Below, piece after piece: positions 46,101 through 56,536 of a stretch of DNA of 64,000 bases (positions within the stretch are counted from its first letter, which is position 1; the number at the start of each line of letters is the position of its first letter). The position numbers were made by a program, and so were the translations under genes. Below the pieces are notes generated by a model that worked only from the letters and a program-made list of their open reading frames with translations, was not told the DNA's origin and did no database searches. The stretch is from a virus (taxonomy: Duplodnaviria; Caudoviricetes): IMG/VR virus record IMGVR_UViG_3300017776_000007, positions 1,664-65,663 of that record; one strand, given 5' to 3'.

Positions 46101-48333
46101 GGCAGAAGAAACTGGTATCCTAGGAACAGTATGGAATGAATGGGAAACTAACTGGACTGGGGTTGAAACAGATGTAAGTGTTGAAAGAATTACTGGAGGT
46201 GGACGTGGTGGTGATTTCTGGTGGGATTTTGGTGAAGAGCAATTAGGAAGATTTAGAGGCCCAGGACGTGGTAGACAAGGAACACAAACAACAACTGCTA
46301 CTACAGTAACAGAACAACAGTCAAGAACAGGTCTTACAACTTCTATTTCTGCTGATACGGTAAATAAAGAATTAGGGTCTAAGGTAGTTGAAGTCAACTT
46401 CGTGCCATTTATGAGATCAAGAAAGATTTACTTTAAGGCTGAGTTACTTAAGCCTGACACTAAGGTATATCCATTCTTTAATGATACAGATGTATCAACT
46501 TATTGTAGAGAAGAAACATTCCAAGAGTTTTCTGGTAGAACAGATATTGTAACCTATGAGGGTGCCACAACCCATCCGGCAGGAAGTAGTGCACTGGTAT
46601 CGGATTCTACTGGTAAAATAGAAGGTTCATTTGTTATACCTAGAAACTCCTCATTGAGATTTAAGACAGGTACAAGAACATTTAAACTAACTGACTCAGC
46701 TACAAATAATTCTAGTGATGGTAGCGAAACAACTTTTGCAGAGGCACAATTCCATGCAGAAGGTTTAATCGAGTCAGTACAAAAAGAAATCTTATCAACT
46801 AAGGTCCCATCATTTGTGACTTCGGAATTAAACGATAATAGAACACTAGTTGATACTACAGTAAATACTACAACCGAGTGGGTAGATCCACTTGCTCAGA
46901 CATTCTTAATTGATACAGATGGTGGTATATTCTGTAAGTCACTTAATTTATATTTTAATACTAAAGATCCATTGATTCCGGTTAGAGTAAGTATCAGATC
47001 GGTAGAGAATGGTATTCCTACTCAAAAGATTGTCCCAGGTGCTGATAAAGTAGTTTATCCATCTAGTGTTAATACAAGTTCGGATGCATCTGCAGCAACT
47101 GCAATTACATTTGATCATCCTATTTACCTGGCACAAAATCAAGAATATGCAATTGTAATCATGGCCCAGTCCGATGCGTATGAGGCATGGGTTGCTGAGA
47201 TGGGCGGATTTGATAAGACAAACCCAAATAACAGAATTACAAAACAACCATACGGCGGTGTATTCTTTACTTCCCAGAATGCTTCTACATGGACTCCAGA
47301 ACAAAGTAGAGACCTTAAATTTACTTTAGAAAGATGTGTATTTAGTGGATCGGGTGCAGAATTAAACTTAGTGCATGATGCTGTACCTGCAAGACTTTTA
47401 CCTCTTAACCCTATGTCAACTACAAGTGGTAGTGGAGTGGTAACAGTAGTACATAAAAATCATGGTATGCAAAATGCAAATAACCCAGTCGTGGTAATTA
47501 GTGGAGCAACTGCATTCAATGGAATAGCAGCAAATAATCTGAATGGTAGCCATTCTATTAGTAATGTGACACATGATACTTATCAATTCACTGCAAGTAA
47601 TTCCGATACTGCTAGTGCAACAGGTTCTGGTGGTGGTTCAGGAATGTATGCTACTGAAAATAGACAAATGGATGTAGTAAGACCAGTTATTCAGGCACTT
47701 GCTGTACCAGGAACTAATATTAGATTCTTCATGACACCTTATAGTGAAACAGAAGTTGCATCAACAGAAGGTGAAGTACTTGCAAATCAGAACGTAATAT
47801 TTGCCACACCAAAATCAATTGCTTCTAATGCAAATTCAACTACTAAAACATTTAATTTAAGATGTGTCTTTAACACAACTAAGGATACTATTTCACCTGT
47901 TATTGATATGAATAGAACATCACTATTTACAATACAAAATAGAATTATTGATAACAGTGCAGGAAATGAATTATCATCCACAGGCGGTAACCAATTAGCA
48001 AGATATATAACCAAGAAGGTTGAACTTGCAGAAGAGGCCGATAAAGTAGACGTGTTTATTAATGTTAATAGACCAAGATCTGCGAACGTTGATTTATATT
48101 GGAGAGTATTAGAAGGCGGATCAAGTTCAGAAATTTCAGATGTTGCATGGACTGCGGCAGTACCGAATGAAGGTATTGCTGTTAATGATAACCCGTCGGT
48201 ATTTAAAGAAGTGCAATACGAAATTGATCCTACAGGAAGTTTTGGTACTATGCAATTTAAAATCGTGCTTCGATCGAGCAATAGTTCAACAGTTCCTTTA
48301 GTAAAAGACTTTAGAGCAATTGCATCAACATAG
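43108..48333 (+). CDS. Large virion structural protein (DUF4815/VrlC-like)
   Basis: PYYDDFD..KNY.RIL.RPG..VQARELTQ.Q, LARRT.EESG.Y, LEYYT.LSLLE, DPLAQTF. Confidence 0.8.
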   Translation: MSTTTIKNYPIAPYYDDFDETKNYHRILYRPGYAVQARELTQMQTALQAQLDRFGQYAFKHGSRVVGGKVTVNIADDFIKIDSSFSHTVGGTLNSDSYLSQFVGTTITGGANSGTQIKAKVISVVASDGSDPNTLYIKYINKGGSNRNVATFAAGEEFQSDGSTTYYGQVQSTGTPTGLGSSANIEEGVYFISGTFIYVPATSLILDKYTNTPSYTIGLNVSESIIDTDSDVTLKDNAQGTPNEAAPGATRYRISTTMVKESLTNLNSSNTNYVTLLRIENGITQVDKTDATNVTSELSKRLARRTFEESGNYAVKPYQLDIKEHLDTGDNNGYILSNNGGDADKLAIGVEPGVSYVQGFRNENIATKYIIIDKPRDATDSINIDANANVATPVGNYVRVTESSIRGAPDLSSFTTMNLHSAPNQGGSVVGTARARAIENVGDTVSASDATPCLRLHLFDINMTSGTFSAVRSFDQTTANGINFKGNIADSTALRFDIGNNGLVFKLPYTAINTLYNGSTNTTEYTVKRDFSTSVTSNQCTISIPSGQGHFTNVNTATMISVGTAALDTTPTFVGSSNDGVTSLTFSVSAANGTAVRVVADVEVDGSDKVQKEKIRQNNQVVTKSASSDGSYSLDKADIIRIVSVVDATGTNVTERFTLDNGQRDNFYGTGRIIQIPGTSPVSGNLTITFDFYTHGAGDYFTVDSYPNTDYDSIPTFNSAQGVVELRDCVDFRPRKADTANDFTSTGAALSSAPDPSHAMSMFIKYYMPRIDKLYITKEGEIKTEKGVPSDNPKAPAAPDDSMGLYDLKLAPYVFDVGDVIPRLIDNKRYTMRDIGAIDKRVKNLEYYTSLSLLEQQAANTQLFDGSNFSRTKNGFVVDGFRGHNVGDTSNPDYQAAIDKQSGTLRPKFDERNINLIRKPGDSGAVVQNASLCTLPHTSANYINQPYSSIAINVNPYNVFTWSGMITLSPESDEWKETDVRPDVIINDEGLYDQFVAMAEETGILGTVWNEWETNWTGVETDVSVERITGGGRGGDFWWDFGEEQLGRFRGPGRGRQGTQTTTATTVTEQQSRTGLTTSISADTVNKELGSKVVEVNFVPFMRSRKIYFKAELLKPDTKVYPFFNDTDVSTYCREETFQEFSGRTDIVTYEGATTHPAGSSALVSDSTGKIEGSFVIPRNSSLRFKTGTRTFKLTDSATNNSSDGSETTFAEAQFHAEGLIESVQKEILSTKVPSFVTSELNDNRTLVDTTVNTTTEWVDPLAQTFLIDTDGGIFCKSLNLYFNTKDPLIPVRVSIRSVENGIPTQKIVPGADKVVYPSSVNTSSDASAATAITFDHPIYLAQNQEYAIVIMAQSDAYEAWVAEMGGFDKTNPNNRITKQPYGGVFFTSQNASTWTPEQSRDLKFTLERCVFSGSGAELNLVHDAVPARLLPLNPMSTTSGSGVVTVVHKNHGMQNANNPVVVISGATAFNGIAANNLNGSHSISNVTHDTYQFTASNSDTASATGSGGGSGMYATENRQMDVVRPVIQALAVPGTNIRFFMTPYSETEVASTEGEVLANQNVIFATPKSIASNANSTTKTFNLRCVFNTTKDTISPVIDMNRTSLFTIQNRIIDNSAGNELSSTGGNQLARYITKKVELAEEADKVDVFINVNRPRSANVDLYWRVLEGGSSSEISDVAWTAAVPNEGIAVNDNPSVFKEVQYEIDPTGSFGTMQFKIVLRSSNSSTVPLVKDFRAIAST

Positions 48334-48341
48334 GAATTATT

Positions 48342-48545
48342 ATGCCAAGAACTAAAAAAATAAAAGATAATCCTGACCTAATTAAGGATACTACTTCGCA
48401 GGCAGTTATAAATACTAATAGAACTGCGATACAGGCGAGAAGAGCACAACTTGCTCTTAATAAACAGAAAGAAGATGAACTACAATCAATGAAAGATGAT
48501 ATTGCAGAAATCAAATCATTGTTAAAAAAGTTAGGTAATAAATAA
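48342..48545 (+). CDS. Small coiled-coil phage protein
   Basis: AVINTN..., DIAEIKSLL. Confidence 0.7.
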   Translation: MPRTKKIKDNPDLIKDTTSQAVINTNRTAIQARRAQLALNKQKEDELQSMKDDIAEIKSLLKKLGNK

Positions 48546-51500
48546 TGGCCAATAAAGAAACAAGAGTACTAAAGTCAAATACCTTTGAAGAATTTAGACA
48601 AAAGACAAATGAAGTATCACTTAACGTAGGTGATAATGAACAATTAAATGTATCTCTAAAAGATAAAACATTTGATTTTGCTAATGTAAGTGCAGGTTCT
48701 ACTCTTTTTGACGGACTTGATAATAATAATAAAAGTGTAGAATTTTCAATTAAGGCAGAAGAAACTCTGGATAATACCGGTGGATATATTATTCTTACTG
48801 GTGCTCCTTCTATTACGGGTTTCACCCCAGGTGTTACCATATCCCAAACAGGTGGGTATAGTGCGATAATCGTTTCAGCTACTACTTCTAAAATTCTGGT
48901 AAAGAATTCCACAGGAATATTTAATTCTTCACAAAATCTTACTGCAGGTACAAATAATATTCTTGCATCAAAGGTTGTAAGAATTATTGCAGAAGCATAT
49001 AAGGTTGGTGTAGTCAGAGTATATATTAATGGAACAGAGATTAGTCAAAATTTACAGGCTGGTGGTTTCCATGTAGCTAACTATAGTGGTGAAGTGCCAC
49101 TATTAAATAATCCTACAGTAACTGATTTTACTGAAGGCGCGACAGTTTATCAAGGAAGTAGTTTAGCAAATGCAACATTTAGTGGTACAATATTAAGTTG
49201 CTCTTCTACTAAATTAAGGCTAAAAACACGTACCGGCAACTTTAGTGAGTCCATATTAATAAAACTAGATGGTTCTTCTTCAACTATCACTGGATCAAAT
49301 CACGGTGCTCTCGTTGCAGTTAACCCTACTCTCTTAGGTCATGTAATTGAATTAAATACTCCAGCCAGTGCGAATGACGATATTAAAATATTCTCTATGA
49401 ATGTTGTAGAAGCAATTAATGAACTACAAGATGATGTGGGTATTACAGAAAATCTTGCCACCGAATCCGGTAACCTAGTAGGTGCCATAAACGAAATCGA
49501 ATCAGTATTTGATGCTTCGACACGTGAAATTAGTGCAGGTGCAAACCCATTTAATGTTACATCTGGATTATTTACTCTTGACTCTAGTGCAAATATTAGT
49601 TTAGATGCTGACGGGGGTAATGTAGAACTAAAAGATGGTGGTACCCTCTACGGAAGATTAACAAGTAGTGGTAGTAATTTAATTATTAAATCTGGTTCGG
49701 CCACCATGCTTACTGGTAATGGATCAAATGCTACATTTGCAAATGACTTAACCGTAATTCAAGATGTTGACATTGATAGAAATTTAAATGTGGACGGAAT
49801 TACTACATTGGATGAAACTACTGTTGATGGAACATTTAATGTAACTGGCGCAACTGATTTAGATACTACTCTTAACGTTGACGGTGCAACTACTTTAATT
49901 GGGCAATTAAATACAATATCCGATAACTTCTTAGGTAATGGGCCCGGCGATGATACAACTATTTCTGGAGACTTAATTGTAACCGTAGACGGAACGGTAG
50001 GTGGTAATTTTACAGTTAATGGTACTGAAGCAGAAATTAATGCTAATCTTGATGTAAACGGAAATGCAGATATTTCTGGTACTACTGATCTACATGGTGC
50101 TGTAGAAATGAATAGTACTCTAGGTGTAGACGGCAACTTTAGAGTTGGAACGAATAACAGCACACCCTTTAGGGTTTTTGCAGCCACAGGCAATACAAAC
50201 ATTGTTGGAACTTTAGAAGTAGACGGAACTATAGGTGTTGATGGGAACTTTAGAGTTGGTGGTACTGATTACAATAATGCGACATTTAAAGTAGACGAAT
50301 CAAACGGTAATACAGTTATTGCAGGAAATACTCAAATTGATGGTGTACTTAATATTGGAACACTCAGTACCCAATTTACCCAGGCAAATAGAAATAATGT
50401 AAAACTTGCGCTTAACGAATTACATTCGGAATTAGGTAATGCAGTTATTACAGGTTCAGGAACTCCGGCAGACGGTCAAGCTAATATTACTAATGCTGTA
50501 AATGCAATTGATGCAGAAATCGGTTCTACTACATATCTTGCTGGAAGTGGAGCAAATGCTACCATTACATATGCAGTAGATGCAATCCAAGATTATATCG
50601 GAACATATAGTAGTGGAGTTCCTGTTGCAAATACAGTATCTTCTACTATTACAGGTGCACTTAACCAACTACACACAGAACTCGGTTCATCTTCACTTAC
50701 TGATAATTTACCAAGTGATTTTGCTTATAATGTAACTGATCACACTACTGCAACAAACACAATGTCTTCCTTTATTGGTAATACTTCTATTGCGGACATC
50801 GGAACTACTGATACTGTAACAGGTGCATTACAAAAATTACATGCAGAGATTGGTAATTCTAATTTATCTGTATTTGATGCAACTGATATATCAGCGGCAT
50901 TAAGAGAACTAGAGAGTGAGAAAGTTTATTTAACTTCTGATACTCAACAAGAAATTAATTCCAAATTAGGTATTACAGGTAATGTAACATTTAAAGATGG
51001 TGGTACTAATAAAGATACCATGACATTTAACTCTGGTACTACACTAGACCTAAGTAATGCTTCTTTACTCTTGCCTGGTAATTCATCTAATGTTAACATC
51101 TTTAGTACTTCATTCTTGGAAGTAGATGGTAACGTACAGATTCAAGGTTTTAGTGTCGACAGACAACACGTAACTACTATTACTGATAAGGCTGATGTAA
51201 GATTACAATGGAACGAAAATCATGCAGATGGTACTTCTGTTACTAAACCTGCTCGATCTTGGCAACTACAGGGTCTTGATGATGCAGCTGCTTCTCATAC
51301 AACAGACATTGTAACTTTCTATAATGCAAAAGAATTATTTAATATAGAATCAACACCAAGTGGTTATGATTTTTCATCAGATAAAGGTATTAATGCATAT
51401 TGGGATTCAAGTAATGAAAAAGTCTCGTTCGATGTTAATGATCCCACACTTACATTTACTGGAGATGTTACAGGTTCTGGAACACTAACTAATTTAGGTA

Positions 51501-54274
51501 ATTTAAGTATTGCACTTACTGTTCAACCTAATTCGGTTGCACTAGGAACGGATACTACTGGTAATTATGTTAAGACAATTGCTGGTACACAATATCAAGT
51601 AACTGTATCACCTTCTGCACATTCAGAAGGTAAAGATGCAACTCTTTCTATTCCAACTGACTTTAGAATGCCTGGAACTGCTAGAGTATTAAGTACGACC
51701 CAATCATCATTGTCAAGTGCTACAGATGGTGCACTAGTTGTTGATGGTGGTGCTAGTATTGCTAAGAACCTGTATGTTGGCGGAGACTTAATTGTAAAAG
51801 GCTCGGAGGTAAAACTTGAAGTATCAACTTTAGAAGTTGAAGATACATTAATTCTTGCAGGTAATAACCTTTCATCAGAACCTTCATCTGGAGGTTTTGG
51901 TATTGAAACCGGTCCTATTACAAGTCCGAATGGTGTTGCTTCAGGAGTCACTGGTGCACATAGTATTGTATACAACTATGGTAATGACAGATGGGAAGCA
52001 GACGGTTCTCTTATTCTTTCAGAGGCAACATTGGCATCTCCTGGGTTGGAAGTTGATGGAACTGATGTAGGTAGTCTAACTGGTTCTAAAACTCTGGACC
52101 TCATCGCTGGAACTGGAATAGGTCTGACATCAACCGTAAATGGTGATGACTTTGAAGTTACAATTAATAATACGTTAGACGGTTATTCAGGATGGGAATT
52201 ATACGTACAAAATGCCGATAAAGGGTTTATTATAGATGATGAAAGAGTTGATTTCTTTGGCGGAACTCTTATTACTGCAGTACATAGTAATACAAATACA
52301 AACCGAGTTACATTTAACCATGATAATGTTAACACTACTACATCGGCAGCAACCGATGATGGTACTTATATTAAAGGTATAACTCTTAATGACCAAGGTC
52401 ACGTAACGAATATTGATTCTGGTGACTTTGATGACTATTATAATAATTATTCATTACCCCTAGCTACAAGCTCAGATAGAGGTGGTATTAAAATTGGATA
52501 TACTGAATCTGGCAAGAATTATCCAGTTGAATTGTCTTCAGAGAAAGCATACGTTAATGTACCATGGCAAAATACAACTTATAGTATTTCATGTGTTGAC
52601 GGCGCTGCGGACTCCGAAGAAAAGATTAGATTAACTGCAGGTGGTAGTGGCAGTGGGACAGATGATATTGTCTTAGCATCATCAACCGGTTTAACAATTG
52701 CTAGAGATGGTGATAAAATTACCTATACAAACTCTGCACCTAACGTAACAACTAATTTATCTACCGCAGAAACAGAGACAACCGTAACGATTAATTCATC
52801 AGATGGCACCAATGCAGAAATAGGTGCAGCAAGTACATCACAAGCTGGTGTTATGACAAAGGACTTGTTTGATAAACTTGATGGAATTCCATCAGACGCT
52901 AATAACTCCACTAATAATGTAACAACTGATATCTCCATTACCCATGCAGTCTCAACTGTAAAAGTAAATTCATCTGATGGTCTTGATGGAACAATTAATG
53001 GTGCTGCAGCCACAGCTGCTGATACTGGAACAGCTGGTGTCATGAGTACAGCTGATAAATATAAACTAGATAATATTGCAACAGGCGCTCAAGTTAATGT
53101 AGCAACTAATTTAACCTATACTGGAACCACTAGAGTTCTTGCATCATCTACAGGTACTAATGTAACATTACCACTTGTTGTATCTGAGGGGAACTCTGGT
53201 CTAATGACTGGAGATGATAAGAAAAGGCTAGATGGAATTGCCGATGGAGCAACAAACACAGCGGCGCCTCATTATACATCTGCAGTACCAGCTGCGATTG
53301 CTGAGGGTGCTACTGGCGCAGCATCTGGTTTAATGACAGCGGCCGATAAGAAAAAGCTAGATGAAATTGCCGATGGAGCAACTGCTACATCTGCACCTCA
53401 TTATACTAGTGCAATTACCTCTACTGATGTTACAGGTGCACTTGGATTTACCCCAGGGACATCATCACTAACTATTGGTACAACCGCGTCTACAGCAATG
53501 GCAGGTAATACTTTCATACCTGGCATACCCGGCATAGTTAATGATGGTTCAGGAAATGTGAGTTTTAGTACTGATGTAACGGCACTAGCAATTAGAGCTC
53601 TAATTGGAGCAGGTACTAGTAGTTCAGATGATACAGGTGTACCTGCAATTTTAAGTAACGGAACGTCACCAACTTTAAATTCAGGTATAAGTGCAGCAGA
53701 GATTAGAAGTTTAATCGGAGCTGGTACAGCAACAGTCAATGATACAGGTACTCCTGCAATTTTAAGTGACGGAACGTCACCAACTTTAAATTCAGGTATA
53801 ACAGCGGCTGAAGTTAGAAGTTTAATCGGGGCAGGTACCGGTAATGGTACATCGAATCAGAATCTTGGTTCAAGTAGTACTTTACAACTATTAGCCTTAG
53901 GTGTTGGTGTGGCGAACTCAACGTCTGGTACAATTAAAGCCTCGGGAGATATTATTGCATTCCAATCTTCTGATGAAAGATTAAAAGATAATATAAAAGT
54001 AATTGAAAACGCTTCTGATAAAGTATCACAATTGCGTGGTGTTGAATTCGATTGGAATGATAATCAAGAAATATATGAAGGCCATGATGTTGGTGTTATA
54101 GCACAAGATGTTGAAAAGGTTTTACCTGAATTAGTAGACACAAGAAAGGATGGTTATAAAGCAGTTAAGTATGAAAAAATGGTTGCTCTTTTAATTGAGG
54201 CAATTAAAGATTTACAAGAAGAAAACAAAGAAATTAGGTCAGAACTAGAGAACCTAAAAAGTATAAATAGATAG
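48545..54274 (+). CDS. Long tail fibre with C-terminal intramolecular chaperone (peptidase S74)
   Basis: NTFEEFRQKTN start, beta-helix repeats, SDERLKDNI...GVIAQDVEKVLPELV...Y...VALLIEAIK. Confidence 0.85.
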   Translation: MANKETRVLKSNTFEEFRQKTNEVSLNVGDNEQLNVSLKDKTFDFANVSAGSTLFDGLDNNNKSVEFSIKAEETLDNTGGYIILTGAPSITGFTPGVTISQTGGYSAIIVSATTSKILVKNSTGIFNSSQNLTAGTNNILASKVVRIIAEAYKVGVVRVYINGTEISQNLQAGGFHVANYSGEVPLLNNPTVTDFTEGATVYQGSSLANATFSGTILSCSSTKLRLKTRTGNFSESILIKLDGSSSTITGSNHGALVAVNPTLLGHVIELNTPASANDDIKIFSMNVVEAINELQDDVGITENLATESGNLVGAINEIESVFDASTREISAGANPFNVTSGLFTLDSSANISLDADGGNVELKDGGTLYGRLTSSGSNLIIKSGSATMLTGNGSNATFANDLTVIQDVDIDRNLNVDGITTLDETTVDGTFNVTGATDLDTTLNVDGATTLIGQLNTISDNFLGNGPGDDTTISGDLIVTVDGTVGGNFTVNGTEAEINANLDVNGNADISGTTDLHGAVEMNSTLGVDGNFRVGTNNSTPFRVFAATGNTNIVGTLEVDGTIGVDGNFRVGGTDYNNATFKVDESNGNTVIAGNTQIDGVLNIGTLSTQFTQANRNNVKLALNELHSELGNAVITGSGTPADGQANITNAVNAIDAEIGSTTYLAGSGANATITYAVDAIQDYIGTYSSGVPVANTVSSTITGALNQLHTELGSSSLTDNLPSDFAYNVTDHTTATNTMSSFIGNTSIADIGTTDTVTGALQKLHAEIGNSNLSVFDATDISAALRELESEKVYLTSDTQQEINSKLGITGNVTFKDGGTNKDTMTFNSGTTLDLSNASLLLPGNSSNVNIFSTSFLEVDGNVQIQGFSVDRQHVTTITDKADVRLQWNENHADGTSVTKPARSWQLQGLDDAAASHTTDIVTFYNAKELFNIESTPSGYDFSSDKGINAYWDSSNEKVSFDVNDPTLTFTGDVTGSGTLTNLGNLSIALTVQPNSVALGTDTTGNYVKTIAGTQYQVTVSPSAHSEGKDATLSIPTDFRMPGTARVLSTTQSSLSSATDGALVVDGGASIAKNLYVGGDLIVKGSEVKLEVSTLEVEDTLILAGNNLSSEPSSGGFGIETGPITSPNGVASGVTGAHSIVYNYGNDRWEADGSLILSEATLASPGLEVDGTDVGSLTGSKTLDLIAGTGIGLTSTVNGDDFEVTINNTLDGYSGWELYVQNADKGFIIDDERVDFFGGTLITAVHSNTNTNRVTFNHDNVNTTTSAATDDGTYIKGITLNDQGHVTNIDSGDFDDYYNNYSLPLATSSDRGGIKIGYTESGKNYPVELSSEKAYVNVPWQNTTYSISCVDGAADSEEKIRLTAGGSGSGTDDIVLASSTGLTIARDGDKITYTNSAPNVTTNLSTAETETTVTINSSDGTNAEIGAASTSQAGVMTKDLFDKLDGIPSDANNSTNNVTTDISITHAVSTVKVNSSDGLDGTINGAAATAADTGTAGVMSTADKYKLDNIATGAQVNVATNLTYTGTTRVLASSTGTNVTLPLVVSEGNSGLMTGDDKKRLDGIADGATNTAAPHYTSAVPAAIAEGATGAASGLMTAADKKKLDEIADGATATSAPHYTSAITSTDVTGALGFTPGTSSLTIGTTASTAMAGNTFIPGIPGIVNDGSGNVSFSTDVTALAIRALIGAGTSSSDDTGVPAILSNGTSPTLNSGISAAEIRSLIGAGTATVNDTGTPAILSDGTSPTLNSGITAAEVRSLIGAGTGNGTSNQNLGSSSTLQLLALGVGVANSTSGTIKASGDIIAFQSSDERLKDNIKVIENASDKVSQLRGVEFDWNDNQEIYEGHDVGVIAQDVEKVLPELVDTRKDGYKAVKYEKMVALLIEAIKDLQEENKEIRSELENLKSINR
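53216..53840 (+). repeat. Intragenic tandem duplications in the tail fibre gene
   Basis: Unit starts at 53216 and 53345 (129-bp period) and at 53630 and 53741 (111-bp period), highly similar at DNA level. Confidence 0.8.
54262..54269 (+). promoter_or_regulatory. T4-type late promoter
   Basis: TATAAATA upstream of ATG 54291. Confidence 0.7.
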
Positions 54275-54290
54275 GTAAGAAGAAAAAGAT

Positions 54291-54626
54291 ATGGCAATAT
54301 ATTCAAACCTTACAGTAGACCAAGGGTCTAACTTTCTCGCATATGTTGATATAACAGATTCGGAAGGCAACCCCTTGAATCTTTCAGGATATACCGTTGC
54401 AGGACAGATAAGAAAAACTTATTCTTCCTTAACGGCCGTAAATTTTTCGGCTGCAGTTAATAGTGCCTTAAATGGAACTATTAGTTTAACTTTAAGTGAT
54501 ACTGTAACCAACGGTATGAAGGCAGGAAGATATGTTTATGATGTTGAAATTCTGTCCAATAGTGGTTCCAGAACACGAGTTTTAGAAGGTCAAGTAGAAG
54601 TAACACCAGGAGTGACACAAGTATAA
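54291..54626 (+). CDS. Virion structural protein (Ig/BppU-like)
   Basis: NL.VDQG, L.GYT...QIRK, GRYVYDVEI, RVLEG.V.VTPGVT. Confidence 0.75.
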   Translation: MAIYSNLTVDQGSNFLAYVDITDSEGNPLNLSGYTVAGQIRKTYSSLTAVNFSAAVNSALNGTISLTLSDTVTNGMKAGRYVYDVEILSNSGSRTRVLEGQVEVTPGVTQV

Positions 54627-54844
54627 TGACTCAGAGACTGAAAGCAAAAATTAAAACAGCAGATACTATTGTAGCACAGACAGTAAAGATAGGTTCAGGA
54701 TTAAGACTGGGAGACTTATCTGATGTAGATGTTACAAACCAGAGTGATGGAGTTATGATGATATTTAATTCCACAACTGGTAATTACGAGGTAACAACAC
54801 AGATTCAAAACGAGAATCTTAATATAATAGGAGGCACATACTAG
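54626..54844 (+). CDS. Small fibre-associated protein
   Basis: L.DLSDVD repeat motif, C-terminal IGGTY. Confidence 0.65.
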   Translation: MTQRLKAKIKTADTIVAQTVKIGSGLRLGDLSDVDVTNQSDGVMMIFNSTTGNYEVTTQIQNENLNIIGGTY

Positions 54845-56442
54845 TGGCTAAATTAACAAGAATTAAAATTCTTACTACGGGTGCAACCACCAGCGCTCCT
54901 AGTAATATCAAAACTGGTGAATTAGCATACTCTTATGTATCTGGTACACAAGGAAATAATGGTTATAGACTATACATTGGTACAGGTGCCGAATCTGGTG
55001 GTGTTGCATCCAATGTAGATATTATCGGCGGTAAGTATTTTACTAACCTGCTCGATCACGTACATGGTACAACTACTGCTAATAGTGCATTAATTGTAGA
55101 TAGTAACAAACATGTAGATGCATTGAACATTGGTTCTCTTGCACTTGAAGCGTCTGGTGGGTCGGGTCAAGTTGTAACAGCCATTTCAACTAGTACAAAT
55201 TTAACAGGTGCAAGTAATTCTCAATTAGCTACAGCACTTGCAGTTAAAACATATGTTGATACAGTAGTTACTGCACAAGATGTAGATTTTGCTGGCGATA
55301 GTGGAACAGGATCGGTTGATTTAGATTCTCAAACATTTACAATTTCAGGTGATACAGGTATTACAACAGTTGCAAGTGGACAAGGACTTTCTATCGACCT
55401 AGATGATACCGCAGTAACTGCTGGTTCATACGGTTCTCAAACACAGATTCCAACATTCACTGTTGACCAACAAGGTAGATTAACTGCCGCAGGTCAAGTT
55501 GCAGTTGCTACTGCTCTTACTATTGATTCAGATGGAGTTGCAACAGAAGATGTTGACCTACTTACTGATGACCTAAAAATTATAGGTACTACAAACGAAG
55601 TTAATACTGCAGTAACTAAGTCAGGAACTGATGTAACATTACAAGTTGGTTTACCAAATGATGTAACCATTGGAAATGATTTAACCGTAACAGGTGATTT
55701 AAATGTTAATGGTTCTTCTATTAACCTTGGTAATGGTTCTACCGATAATGTAGTTATTTCTGGTAACCTTACAGTACAGGGTACTACAACTACTGTTGAA
55801 TCTACTACTATTACATTAGATGATCCAGTCATTGCATTAGCAGATAATACAACCTCAAATACATCGGACGGTCTTGATCGTGGTGTAAGATTTAAGTGGG
55901 GAACAGGTTCTGCAGTTGCAACAGGATTCTTTGGATTTGATATTCAATCCGAAAGATTTGTAATGAAGAAAGACGTTGGTAGTGATACCGGCGATGATAA
56001 CTTTGTTTCACCATGGACTGATGCAGAGTTTGGAAATATATACGGTACTGGTGCTGATCTTGGAAATATCCAAATTGCCATTACAGGTGATAATGAAATT
56101 GATACAGTATCTGGTAACTTAACTATTGATTCAGCTGGTGGTTTAACTACTATTGATGATAATTTAAGTGTTTCAGGAACTGCCACAATTACAGGTCAGG
56201 TAACACTATCTGACGGAAGTGGTTTAAGAGTTAACCAAGGTGGTACAGGACAAAGAAGTTTCACTGGAGACGGAGTATTTATTTCTAATCCAGCTGGTAC
56301 TGCAATGTCACAACTTGACAGTTCTAACCCAGTACCTAATAATAGTGATAACCCTGGTGCAACAACTAATGGTGATTTAATCCAGTTTAGTACTACTGGT
56401 GTTCCTATTGTTACAGACATCATTGATGGTGGTACCTACTAA
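54844..56442 (+). CDS. Tail fibre-like protein
   Basis: GELAYS...LYIG N-terminal motif, GNLTVQGTTTTV, C-terminal IDGGTY; GTG start. Confidence 0.75.
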   Translation: MAKLTRIKILTTGATTSAPSNIKTGELAYSYVSGTQGNNGYRLYIGTGAESGGVASNVDIIGGKYFTNLLDHVHGTTTANSALIVDSNKHVDALNIGSLALEASGGSGQVVTAISTSTNLTGASNSQLATALAVKTYVDTVVTAQDVDFAGDSGTGSVDLDSQTFTISGDTGITTVASGQGLSIDLDDTAVTAGSYGSQTQIPTFTVDQQGRLTAAGQVAVATALTIDSDGVATEDVDLLTDDLKIIGTTNEVNTAVTKSGTDVTLQVGLPNDVTIGNDLTVTGDLNVNGSSINLGNGSTDNVVISGNLTVQGTTTTVESTTITLDDPVIALADNTTSNTSDGLDRGVRFKWGTGSAVATGFFGFDIQSERFVMKKDVGSDTGDDNFVSPWTDAEFGNIYGTGADLGNIQIAITGDNEIDTVSGNLTIDSAGGLTTIDDNLSVSGTATITGQVTLSDGSGLRVNQGGTGQRSFTGDGVFISNPAGTAMSQLDSSNPVPNNSDNPGATTNGDLIQFSTTGVPIVTDIIDGGTY

Positions 56443-56536
56443 GGTATTATAAGTACTTCTATATAATTCCTGTACATACAGGGTGAATGACATTTTTATA
56501 AACCCTATATAGGGATTGAATTAGGAGACGCCAAAA

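Noticed and set aside
53216-53840. Diversity-generating retroelement template/variable repeat pair
   Set aside because: The repeats are tandem and in frame, differences are not confined to adenines, and no reverse transcriptase is present in the window.
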